Shown here piece after piece: positions 24,435 to 36,731 of a stretch of DNA of 64,000 nt. Below the pieces are notes generated by a model. The model searched no databases. It saw only the letters and a program-made list of their open reading frames with translations, and was not told the origin of the DNA. A program made the translations under genes and the position numbers. The DNA lies in assembly GCA_964016885.1 (NCBI GenBank), contig OZ024740.1, forward strand, positions 364,312,001 through 364,376,000. Direction: 5' to 3'. Origin of the DNA: Eledone cirrhosa. Taxonomy: Eukaryota. Within the stretch, counting starts at the first letter, position 1, and every line of letters starts with the position of its first letter.

Positions 24435-25903
24435 CATCATCATCATTTCATTTTAAATCTGCTTTTTCCCTGCTTGCAAGGGTGGGACGGGAACTGATTC
24501 TGGCTTGATTTCTACAGCTGGATGCCTTTCCTAACACCAACCTCATATATATATGTGTGTGTGTGTGTGTGTGTATACATAAGCACATAGAGAAAAAGAT
24601 GTTTTCATGATTCTTCACTTTGAGGTCTAGCTAATATAGATGTGATATTGAAATAAGTATTATGAGATTTATACTATTCTCTGATATTTCTAAAAGAACA
24701 CTGTTTTACATTAAAACTTGAAGTTGTAACATTCAAACCATAGCTACTTAAGATTATGGCTCAGTTGCTTACACTCAGATTTCGACTGTGTCATATCGAA
24801 AAGCTATCCTACAGATATGATGCTTGAAACCGAGATTCTGTCGTAAAAACGGAAAGCTTTATGTACTGTACTTTCCTTATAATACCTCTTGACCTATTAA
24901 ATTGCTACTAAATTCTTTCATAAAACATTGATTTATGCTAGTTTTCTGAACTTTGATATTTCGTTTGCAATTTCTCCAAGATATTTCTAATAGTTGATCT
25001 GTAGCATTTCTTGGAATAGATATTTCTCTCCAAAATAGTATTAGTGCGGTTTAAACTAATATTCTTGGAAAAGGTCATATTAGGCACAATGATAGAACAA
25101 TAATGTCATGCTTGAATCATCTGCTTATTTTGCTGGTTTATTAAAAAGAACACACAGACACGGGCGTGTCTGTGTAGTTAAGGAGTTAATTTAGCAGCCA
25201 CATAGTTAGTGGTTCTGTACCATTGTATGGCACCATGGGCAAGTGTCTTTTACACACATGCACATTGATTGGGGTTAACATCCTATCCATATGTAATCTG
25301 TTATAAGTTCCATCTCTGAGCTGATTATCTGGTTTCAAATGATATTCAGGTCAGTATTCCAGCACTAGAACCTCTTAACCATAGTTCTATGGCTAAAGTT
25401 AATTGATACTGTAATCACAATTGCTTATCAGATGACATAAGTTGAGGCAGAAACAAAGGGAGATAATTAAATGACCATTTAGGAATTATATCTGAAGGGT
25501 TGCCGCACAACCTTATTTCTAATTGTATTTACACTGTATTTCAATTAACTAATGAAGAATAATTGAGGGATTTACTAAAATCTATATATGATATAACAGA
25601 AAGATGTTTATTGGTTGGTTGAATCACATGAAAATTACACACACACACACACACACACACATCTAAAGGGAAAGAGACACAGAGGGAGATGCAGAAAGAG
25701 AGAGATAGGCTGTTATACAGAGAGAGATACAATTAAAGTGGTAGATATTCAGAGAGAGAGAGTGAGAGTGGTGTTCCACAAAAGTATCAGTTGAAGGTTT
25801 AACAATATTGTGTTAGCTTTTATAAAGTCGTTTTACAGTCTTTAATTTTACAGAACAAAGAAAAATTGATACTATTTGAAATTAATCTACCCTCCAGTTT
25901 TTA

Positions 25904-26226
25904 TCTATATACTACTTACAGACTGTACTAACGAAGCAACACTTCAGAAGCAATGTTATGCAGTATATTGCTGTGTTTCAGATGACGTCCTTTGGAGCTG
26001 AAAAAGATCATACTAATTATGGTTATTTCACAAGATTTATAATCCAAGGCCAATGCTACCATTTAATCAGCAGTTTACTTCCCCAGCCTAATAAGGAAGT
26101 TTTATGATTGTTTTTTTGTCTCTCTCACACCACACACACACACATTAGTCTCACCTCATACCAAGCTACACATCCAATGCAGTCGTTTTCTCGGTTCTCC
26201 CGGGCAAAGCCAGGTACCTCAGCTAG
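25904..26226 (+). mobile_element. Short non-autonomous Helitron
   Basis: 5' A|TCTATATACT; 3' GC-rich hairpin CCCGGGCAAAGCCAGG then CTAG|T; no TSD; internal (CA)n. Confidence 0.7.
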
Positions 26227-27390
26227 TTATTAATAAAAGGTTCTTTATAAAATTATGTTGGAAAGTTTTTGTTTAATTAAGAACCTTTTAAATAGGATTT
26301 TGAGCAGTTTGGTATGAAAAAAGTTAAGACTTTCATGACTGTATTTCTGATGAAATACTCTCTAATTTTGAGGAAGTTGCTAAAATTATTTCATTATTAA
26401 GACAGTGACTTATCAAATCATCCGTATATAAAATGATGCTGGAAGATTTTAGTTTAAATAAAAACTCTTTAAAATGGGTGGCTTTGCTTCACAGAACCAG
26501 AGGGGATTTGGAGCAATTTGGAATCAAAAGAGTTAACCTACTTGAGATTGAGTGAATAAGAAGTGTCTTCACACTCTAAGTTCAAATAAAATAGAACAGG
26601 CTTTATATTACTGTATACTTAGATATTTTCATTTATTCACAAAATATCATTATTTTTGCCAGGTGTACTTTGCTATTTATAAGAGTCCTATTTAAGCAAA
26701 CTGTATTTACTCTTAAGACCATAATTTCTCTTCATACTTATTAACCCGTGTGAAAATAAATAACTAAACTGTCTGTTAATAAGGAGCATTGAAAGGAGTA
26801 GTGTAACACTAAGGAGGGGAGACAACAGCTGTTCGAGTTTAGAACATATATTTTGCTCTTGGGAGGAAGATAAATTTTCTTTAACTATATTTCTAATGAA
26901 CTACACTACTTACAATTTTCAAATAATTAAAAAAATAATCAAGAATTTGGAGAGATTTAGAAATATAATTTTGTCTTTCATCCTTTTGAGGGTCGATAAA
27001 GAAAGAACCAGTGAATTGGTGAAATGGTTAAAGAATTGGTTTGGATTTATTGCAGAATCTGATCTGAGAGCCTTCTAAGTTCAAATCCCATCTCTCACTA
27101 TGACTGGTAGTTGGTTCAATCTGGCAATTGGCTCATTTAAAGAAATGTAATATTACAATTTTCTCATTGTTTGAGCTAGTACTTAGAACATATCATATAT
27201 ATTCAAATATAAGCTGTCTATTTATGTCTGAGAAGTGGGCAAAAATCCAAACCTTGTGTATAAGCCAAGGCAGCTAATAAACACATGTTTATATGGTGCA
27301 GTTTTAAAATTCTCATAAATGGAAAATATATTTATGAAGTTTTGATATTTAAAATGTTTTAAGTGTAGTATTTGTGTCACAACTCCATTA

Positions 27391-27561
27391 TATCGGTTGA
27401 GGGTCGGACGCCATGCTTTGACGCATAGAGTTATAGCCCTTTCCATTCTGAGTTCAAATCCCGCCAAGGTTAACCTTGCCTTTCATCCTTACGGGGTCGA
27501 TAAAATAAAGTACCAGTAATGTACTGGGTAATTGCTGGCCTTGTGCCAAAAGGTAGAAACA
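27391..27561 (+). mobile_element. Young SINE, slightly 5'-truncated
   Basis: Matches 10890-11070; ATTAT on both sides. Confidence 0.9.
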
Positions 27562-27958
27562 ATTATGTAATGATTTTTATACCATTTTCAAAACACATAA
27601 AAATCAATAAGAAAAACAGATTACACCTCCAGAATGAAACTGGTGTAATATATATGCCCAAAGCAAAAATATTTTAGCATCTTATTTATGTAGAAGTTGG
27701 TGAAAATCAGCAAAATATTGACCTCAAATACAAGCCAACCTCCATTTTACCAGTATTTTTTATTTTTGTCACCTATTTTGACTGTTCATAAGATCCCTGG
27801 CCTGTTAGTACTGACTTGGTCTATATAGACCCATCCAATCCTTTCTAGCAGGGAAATCAGACATTAAAACAATGACAACGATGATTTCATAGCTTATATA
27901 TAACTATATACAGTAATTTAACAAAGGTTATCACATGATATTATAATGGAAGTTTTCT

Positions 27959-28059
27959 CCCGACGAGGTTTACTTTGCCTTTCATCCTTACGGGGTCGAT
28001 AAAATAAAGTACCAGTAATGCACTGGGTAATTGCTGGCCTTGTGCCTAAAGTAGAAACA
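27959..28059 (+). mobile_element. Young 5'-truncated SINE with 19-bp TSD
   Basis: ATTATAATGGAAGTTTTCT at 27940-27958 and 28060-28078. Confidence 0.92.
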
Positions 28060-30026
28060 ATTATAATGGAAGTTTTCTAGATAACAGTTGAAAGCAATGT
28101 TTATGTCGGAATTGGGGGCAGGCTCAGGTAGTTTGGTTTCAGAAGCATTAAATAAACATTATGTTGGGTAGTGTAGTTCCTGATAATACAAAATAATTAA
28201 ACAAAGTAAAAATGTTAAGCCTTCCAGTAAAAGCCGCTGTAGATGGTGTAGTGTGTACTAACATATTTAGTAGTGGGAATCTTGAAAAATAGGGGAGGGG
28301 GGTTAGAGGTTATTTTCTTTTCTTGAAATGAATAATGCCAGTTTTTTTGTTTTTTTTTTCAGTCATTAAATATTACCAGATGTTACCATTATTGTTGCTT
28401 CAGAAATATTGTTCAAGTTACCACTGCAGAGTAGGTTAGGTTTTATAGCATGTGACTGGCATTGAGATGGGTTTCCCAAATATTTGCTGGTCTCAGTAAC
28501 CAGATATGTTTTTTTTCTTTGTGTTAACATTGGTGCTGTTCCCAGAATTCCATAGTTTTTCATAGTACTGCTGCTACTTGTCCAAATGGAATTCACATCA
28601 CAGCAAAAGGAAGATAGTATTTTAATATTTTAAATGCTGTCACGTGTCACTTATTTTTGTTGGTTTTTCCTCTTTCTGAGACACTGGAAGGATAAACAAG
28701 TGATTGTGCTGAGAAAGGTGTGTGTGTGTGTGTGTGTGAGAAAGAGAGAGCGTATTATAATGTACATTAGATAGATAAATAGATGGGTGGCAGATTGATA
28801 TATTTTGAGTCAACAGCTTGTGAGGTAAACAGCTAAATACAAGGTTGGATGGAAAATAGTGAGAAAGGAAGAGATAGCATAAATAAAAAAGGTGAGGTGG
28901 GTAGAAGAAAGATAGCTCTACAATAGAGGGGATTAAAGAGGTGATGTGATAAAATAACAAAGGTGTGGAGAATGTACAATTTATAGAAATAGAAAAGGAG
29001 GGAATAGAGAAAGAAATTTTGTATATCAAAGTGCATATGTACAGATAGACATGAAGTGTAAAAGAAATGGTTTCTGATTTAGGCACAAGGCTTACAATTT
29101 GGTGTGTGGGGGGGGGGGGGGGGCAGTTAAATCGACCCCAGTGAATTACTGGTACTTTATGAAATATGTGAATTAATGAAAATAAAATAAGGTAGGTTGA
29201 AGTAAAAAGAAAAAGAATAGCTGAAAGAAGCCAAAATGAGACACAAGAAAATAGAGCCAGGCTTAAAACAAAACCATTTAAGAATTACTGAAATGAGACA
29301 AAAATAAACCATATTTTTGGACAAGTGCTATATACTCAGCTGTGGAAACCCTGCCAGAACTAAAACATTTAAGTAAGATATGGTCCCCAGCCTGTCTAAT
29401 AGCTCTGATTAAGTACTGATTTATTCTGTAGCAGCTTGTCCAATCCATGCTAACATAGAAAGACGTCTATGCTGGTCAGTATATAAAATATACACTTAGA
29501 GAAGAGACAGTCCAAAGAAGACCTGAAAAGCAACAGCAAGGGCACATAAAAGAATTAGCTCCTACTAAAAAAAAAAAAAATGATACAGGACTGAAGTATG
29601 TATTAGGATATCCCGCCATAAAACATTGTCTAAAAAGCCCCCATGATAAGTATCTTATGTGATAGGACTGGGGTCCTTATCATTAGAAAATCCCCAAAAC
29701 TTCCTATGTAGGATGCCAGCTAAACCTGCATGGGTATGAGCTGCAACAACAATGTACATATTGTGTGTGAATGATAAGACTAGTTACCTCCCATTAAAAC
29801 ACCCAAGAAACCTCTTATAAGAAACAGCCTCATAGGATGCCAGCTAAACCTACATAGGTGTGAGCTATAAATATTTCATTTCATAATAAGCCTGATGAAG
29901 CATGTCATGGGACCAGCTAGGTTAACACTTGCTTTAATAGGGTAAATGGCTTTAAACCACTTGCTGCGATTGCATGTTATTTCAAATCCTTCTAGCAGTA
30001 CAAGAAGGAAAAATAAAATATAACCA

Positions 30027-30230
30027 ATGATGATATTGGTGGTGGTGATGGTAGTAGAGGTGATGAGAGTGATGATGGTGGTTGTGTTGTTGATGATGAT
30101 GATGTTGATGTTGATGCTGTTAGCGGTGATGATGGTGGTGGTTGTGTTGATGATGATGATGATGCTGATGGCATGGATGATGGTAGTGGTGGTGGTGAGG
30201 AGAATGATGCTAATAATGCTAATAATGAGC
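30027..30230. repeat. Cryptic (GAT/GGT/GTT)n trinucleotide repeat
   Basis: Low-complexity tract with an internal ~60-bp duplication. Confidence 0.85.
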
Positions 30231-30336
30231 TTAACCTCTAGGGTTAGTATTTTATTTCATTTATTTCGTTCTAACATGCCCTTCCTGTGTAGCTTGCATA
30301 AATTTACTGATTCTATCATTGAATGGATGTAATAAG

Positions 30337-30387
<51 letters not shown>

Positions 30388-31660
30388 TTTTCTGATTGTC
30401 CTGAAATAAAACAAATGCTATTATCTGGTAAAACAAAGTAAAAACAAACCGTCTAGACAGACAGGCAGATAAATCGATGCTGTCTCTTGATAATGCTACA
30501 CAATTGTAGTTTGATTGCATATGTCTGATCATTGATGATGTCAAAAAGTTAACAATAACTTTCAACCATAGAAAACTGGAGAAACAAAACTGATTTTCAA
30601 TCTGAAATTGGATGAGGGCATTATGCACAAAGTTTTAAAATTTGCTCTTCATTATTTTTTCCAGAAATGCCAAGCCTCAAATATGATTTATATATGTAAT
30701 TAGACACTTTTCTCAAGTGTTTTTAGCAAGCTCTATAGTTCTTTGATATTGTTTGTCCATGATTAAAATCATATGAATGGTATTATGAAGAATTAGCCTG
30801 TGTTTCTGAGAGGGATGCACTCTGATTTATTGCTCATTTAAATGGGGTTTTGTTGTTGTTTTTTTAAACAACAAATTGACTGGCAATTAAACCTATATTA
30901 AGTACTTCAATTTAGCGAAGCCAGAATATTATTATGTATAAAATCTTTTCAGAGATAATTTAAAGTATTGTGTGTGTATGTGTGAGGAGAGAATGAAAGA
31001 AAGAGAGAGAGTTAGACAAATAGAATACATGGCACAATAGTTTAAAAGCAAAACATTTAAAATTAACAGATAATCATTATTTCAATCATACCCATCATCA
31101 TCATAATTGTCACTGTAGTTTTAGCTCTTTTAATACTAAACTGCCTGAAACAGCCCCTGGTTTTATACAAAACTGTTTGCTTTCAAATTATATTTATCTA
31201 AAAAGCAAAAAATCTTTCATAATTTTATGTAAAAGCCTTTGTTAAGCAATGCCCCAGATAAATAATGAGAAAGTTTGCTATATTGCTAAATCCCACCAAA
31301 TTCTTGATTATTTTCAAAATTATTTGAAAGTCATAGGCTGTATCTTTCATTAGAAATAAGGTAACGAAAAGGTTAATGTCTGTTTTTTTTAAGTGAGGAC
31401 GATTATTAACTAAAGTATAAATTTGACACTAGAAATGTCAGTTGAGTAGAAGATGCTTCTTCCATAGAAAATTATTTACATCAAAATCATGTAAAACTTT
31501 TATATACTGAATATAAAGAATTGTTTCATGCCATTTCAGATTTACTAATCCCTTTCATACCAAAATGCCTAAATCTACCCTTGGTTCTATGCTTTAAAGT
31601 GTTTATATTTATCTAAAAACCTTTTATTATAATTTTATGTAAAAACTTTTGGTAAATTTA

Positions 31661-32629
31661 GAGAAAAATGCCCCTCAACCATTTGGTGGGAACATTTTCT
31701 TTATCCTAGGTTTTTACGTGTAGTTTTCAACAAATGTGACCTCAAAATTATTTGGAAATGACTTGTTTTTTATAAGAAAAGATGGGGGAGGGGGAAGGGG
31801 GATCCTCGGAGGTGTCTTTGGTTAGAATTCTTTTTTTTTCCAATTTTTTTAATGTTTTCAACAAATCTGACCTTCAGATCTGTTGGAAGGTAATGATAAA
31901 ATAGGATTTCCATGGCTTGTTCCATTTTTGTAGTTACTGTACAGATATGTACAATATATATGTATTTTTGGCTATCTCTCTACTTCAGTTTACCAAACAC
32001 TCGTGTATGTATGTACCCTAACCCTTCCTGTCCCAACCTCCCAACATTTGTCGTTAGGTACAGTTAACTACAAGAGTAATTTCCAATGGTTTTAAAAGTT
32101 AGATTTGTTAAAAAAACACATGAAAAAAGGCTTGGAGGGGAAAAAATTAATTGTAAAGAAAACTCTGAGGTTACCCTCTTCCTGCCTCACTCCATTTAAA
32201 AAGAAATGAGTCAGAACTGGAGGTCAGATTCGTTGGTAACACATTACATAGACTTAGAAGGAAGGAAACCCAATTTCATTTTAAAAACAAAGAAATAAAC
32301 ATACATACACACACACATATATGTGCGTGAATGTTCAGCAAACTTATGTAGAAAGATAGCCAAACATATCAATTGTACATGATCAATTGTACACCTCTCA
32401 TTTTATCATTACTTTCTGATAGATTTGAAGGTCAGATTCATTGAAAACACATGAAAATACCAAGGGAAAAAAATATTCCCACGAAAGAAACTTCAGAAGC
32501 AGAAGGTGGAAAATCCCAAGGGTACCCCCACCCACCTCCGTTTTTGAATTAATTTGGAGGTTAGATTCATTGAAAACATACACACACACACACACACAAA
32601 AAAAAAGCCCGGAAAATGAGCAATTTCTC
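31661..32629. mobile_element. Old ~970-bp fold-back element with long degenerate inverted arms
   Basis: Inverted pairs 31721-31758/32541-32580, 31852-31900/32400-32450 and 31946-32014/32315-32380; modular GGAGGTCAGATTCATTGAAAACA repeats. Confidence 0.65.
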
Positions 32630-33847
32630 ACTGAACGGCTGATGGGTGGTGTTCTGTAAATTTAATCAAACTTTTCTTATTTTCCAAACATCAACATACT
32701 TGTAAGAAAGTTAGTTATATTACTAAATCCTTGCAAATTCTAAACTATTTTCAAAATGATCTAATTAGAAATATAGGAATGAGATAGTTAAATTGTTTAT
32801 ATTTATCTAAAACTAATCAATCACAATTTTATGTAAGAACCTTTGTTATGTTTCAAACACTAACTTAATAATGAGAAAGTTAGTTATATTATTAAATCTC
32901 TCTAAATTCTTGATTATTTAAAAAATGTTTTGAAAATCATAGACAGTATCTTTCATTAGAAATATAGTAACAAAGGGGTTAATGCATACAAAAATTGACT
33001 ACACAGTTAATTTCAAAGGAGCACTCTTCCTCTTCAAAATAATCCTTGTTCTTTGTCAACAATATAATTTTCATACAGCTTTGCTCAATTATTACACAAT
33101 TTTTTAAAGATACAAATTTTTCTTTAGATGCTATTAATTTATAAAACTATGTTTGATATAATGATATATTTAATTTCTAAGCTCAGTTTCTTAGTTTTAA
33201 AGCTTGTTTGTGTGATATGCTTGCTCACTGAGTAACTTATAAAAATACAATGAAAAGAAGGCACTAAATAAACTGTTGTGAAGGAGGAGTAATTTGTTAA
33301 AGATTTAAAACTAGGATTTTATTTGTGTATCTCTCTATATATATCTTATTGAATAAGATTAACATCTATTCAAATGTGCAGAGTTAGCTCAATGTCTCCT
33401 ATTTCAATGTTACATTTCCTATGCATTTATAAGATTTTCTGACTCAAATAAGTGCACTCACTTCTTTATCTGTTTTGTTTTTGAATGTTACTATGATAAA
33501 TATATAACTGGTGCAGTGCCAACTGTTAGGAATGCTGTATATGTAATCCATTTGGCTTCTGGAAGTCAGTTTTTATTTCTATCTGTAAAAATGATAGTGT
33601 TGAGGTGTAGCGATTAACTGGTATGTTTTTTCAAAACACTTTTTATCTCATGTTACCAAAAATTATTAGTAAAGTTTGGTCTAACATCAGTTTGCAGTGT
33701 TAGTGTATGTAGATTGTATAGTTGTGTGACCTACAATGCTACTTTCATTCTACTGAATTTGCCTCTCTGCACTCAGAGTTCAACTCCCATTGTGGTCAAC
33801 TTTGCCTTTCATCCTTCTGGTGGGAGTACTGAAATAAGTACTGAGGG

Positions 33848-34057
33848 GGTGGCAAAAGGCCAGACAGCATAACCATCTTCCTGTTCCATGGTGGTAAACC
33901 CCTCATCTGGAATGCCAGATGTAGCGACACATTCTCCAGTGGCAACCTGGTGCAGTCTACGACTAACCCAGGCTTTGCTGCACTTCAGGCTGAGGAGGGT
34001 AAACTTTCCAAATATCGGTTTCTCTCTGACAGGTTTGCAGTGGAGACTTCTGGTGTC
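33848..34057 (+). pseudogene. Fragment of a CRE/HERO-type restriction-like endonuclease (RLE) from a non-LTR retrotransposon
   Basis: Stop-free frame not in the ORF track: GGKRPDSITIFLFHGGKPLIWNARCSDTFSSGNLVQSTTNPGFAALQAEEGKLSKYRFLSDRFAVETSGV, matching the RPD..WD.T..DT..AA..AE..K..KY..AVET.G pattern. Confidence 0.8.
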
Positions 34058-35137
34058 TCTACTCACCACCATCGCCACAGAGCTGTAAAGTGATTGGCAT
34101 TAAGATGGGCATCCAGCTGTAGAAACCAAGGCACAACAAAGCATATTAGCGGGACCTAATCACCTGACTTTGGTCTTGTGACTAAGTCAGGTGACTGTCA
34201 GCATGTGACAGCCATCTAACCCATGAAAGCATAGAAAATAGATGTGAAACTATGATAATCACACACACACACACTTTCTCTTTCTCTCTCTAAAATGTTC
34301 TCTGTTTGCTTGAAGCATTGTATATAATATGTAAGAAGGCTAAACAATGCAAAATGGACAGTAAGAGGAAGTCAATAAAAAAAGTTAGTTACCTGGGGTG
34401 ATTTTCTTTTTTTATGTCCTAATATTTTCTTCAAAGTATAGGAAACTCAGAGAAAAACGTTCCAGTCTATTCACTTTGAAATTGGATTTAAATTTAAAAT
34501 TTATAAACCGCTTTAAACATGCAACCTAAACATAACAATTTACACAAGAAATTTGCTCCAAGTAGATAATACATACAGCAATAGATGTCATCCTCCCATT
34601 TCTCTTGGATACTACAACAAATGCCAAACAACACTTGAAAGCGCTTTATAAATGTTAAATTTCAAAGTGAATAGACAGGGACGTTTTTCTCTGAGAGTTC
34701 CCAATACTCTGACGAAGGGAATTTTAAGTACCAAAATATTAGGACGAAAAAAAAAAAAAAATTATCAGGTAACTAGCTTTTTTATTGCCTTCATCTTACT
34801 CTCTATTTTGCATTATTTTGCCTTCTTATGTGTATGTATATCTTTTGCCTATATATATAGGTGTACACATCAATGAGAAACTGATAAGCTGGTGTGTTTG
34901 ACATTCCTCTGTTACCATCAACCTTGGAAATATAGTGACCCTGTGATTGCTCTGTTGGAAACCTCCAACCAACAACGCCATGGTTCACAACTGGCATGGT
35001 GGTGGTGGTGTGATTATGTGTGGGAAAGTAACTTATGTGTAAACATTTGTCTAACCCATGCTAGCGTGGAAGATGGATGTTAAACGATGATGATGATTAA
35101 CTAGTGTTTTGTTTAAAAATGAATAAATCTTTGAAAA

Positions 35138-35984
35138 ATCATCATCATCATCATCAACGTTTATCGTCCGTGTTCCACGCTTGCATGGGTTTGGACGGGG
35201 GTTTTCCCACTTGAGGCAAGAGTGATTGTCTTGCTCGCATAGGACTGTCTGGCGGGTTTTCTACAGCTGGATGCCCTTCCTAACACCAACCACATTTACA
35301 GTGTGGGGCTGGGAGGTTTTTACCGTGTTGCCTACACGGCCACATTACAGCTTGGACTGTGTGTTTTTTTGTCGTGACACCTACACAATCTCATTTGTTT
35401 CAGCCTGGATGTTGTGGCACCAACATAACTTTACATTGAAAGGGGCGGTGTGGATGGGGTGGGGGTGGTGGGACGGGGGTGTATTTTGTTAGAGATGCCT
35501 ACTGACTGTAGTAGGTTTTACTTTGTATTTAGGTAAGGCGGGTCTTCTCTATTACTGAGTACTGCCAAAGGTCTCGGTCCAGTGACATTGTCTTGGAGAG
35601 GTGTAAGTGTGTGAGGTTGGAATTTATCAGCTCGTCCCAGGTTTTTCTGGGTCTGCCTACTCCGTGGCTACTGTCTATCTTTATTGCCCTGCACTTTGTT
35701 ATACAGCTATCGTCTTTCATGCGCATCACGTGACCATACCAACGTAGCCTTCTCTCGAGTAAACAACATCTGATCCCTCTTATTTCTAATTTTTTCCTTA
35801 GTTCGTTTATGCTTTGCCGTTCACGTATATTACTATTACACATCCAGCGGAGCATGCAAGCTTCGTTCCTCTCTAGTCTGCGTATATCCTCTGCACACAA
35901 TGCCCATGTCTCACTGCCATGCAACATTGCTGTTCGTATGCAGGCATCATACAACCTGCCTTTCATTTTTAGGGAGAACCCTTT
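35138..35984 (-). mobile_element. 5'-truncated RTE LINE, sister subfamily of 1438-3359
   Basis: ORF 35529-35966 closely parallels the C-terminus of 2202-3065; 3'UTR with TTAGGAAGGGCATCCAGCTGTAGAAA and (GAT)n tail. Confidence 0.92.
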
Positions 35985-36128
35985 ATAAATATTATTTTAA
36001 AAACATAAATATATGTACCTTATTTCTATGTTTTACATAAAAATATTGCATGTGAAAATAAAATTTTATATTTTAGAATTGAATGACAAAAGTTTGCTTA
36101 TTGCATTTTCTCATTTTTATTATTCCAG

Positions 36129-36219
36129 TAGGATACTTTGCAGTAAAAGACACATAAACAACACAAATATGAACTAAAACACATAATAATGGATGGATTA
36201 TTGGCATATAATATTTTAG
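36129..36219 (+). other. Candidate host exon (5'UTR plus start MDGLLAYNIL, phase-1 donor)
   Basis: Pyrimidine tract and TTCCAG acceptor at 36128, AG|GTAAGC donor at 36220, ATG at 36189; non-repetitive. No homology evidence. Confidence 0.25.
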
Positions 36220-36261
36220 GTAAGCCATCTTGTTATTTGTACAACACAATTCATATATTAA

Positions 36262-36465
36262 CCCTTAACATCCTGTACCACATAAAACTGTATAAACATC
36301 ACGTACAAAACAGCTCAATGACAACATCACATTAAAAATTGAGTCTTTACTCTAATACTTCAAATTTTTAAAGCAATCTGTCCATTAGTAAAGATACCAT
36401 AACCATTTGAATTAGCAAACCTGTTTTTAAATATTTTCAACTAAATCATTACAGGATGTTAAGAG
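36262..36465. mobile_element. TTAA MITE family 2
   Basis: TTAA|CCCTTAACATCCTGTA ... TACAGGATGTTAAGAG|TTAA; related ends at about 37240-37328, 43700-43982, 55465-55545 and 62601-63206. Confidence 0.8.
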
Positions 36466-36497
36466 TTAATTTAGAACCATTATTTTCTTGAAGTATA

Positions 36498-36731
36498 GGG
36501 CGGTGCATTGGCAATATCAGTAGAGAGACAGACACCATGCTTTGAGCATAGAGTTACGGCCCTTTATGATCTGAGTTCAAATCCCACCAAGGTTAACTTT
36601 GCTTTCATCCTTACGGGGTCGATAAAATAAAGTACCAGTCACGCACTGGGGTTGATTTAATCGACTCCCCCCCCCCCCCCCCCCCCCCCCCAAAAAAAAA
36701 TTTCTGGCCTTGTGCCTATATTAAGAAACCA
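36498..36731 (+). mobile_element. Full-length tRNA-derived SINE, long variant with expanded poly(C)
   Basis: GGGCGGTGCATTGGC head, B box GAGTTCAAATC, core, GTTGATTTAATCGAC-poly(C), GGCCTTGTGCC end. Confidence 0.88.

Noticed and set aside
29992-30332. Met/Val-rich and Ser/Pro-rich ORFs
   Set aside because: Translations of a cryptic trinucleotide repeat.
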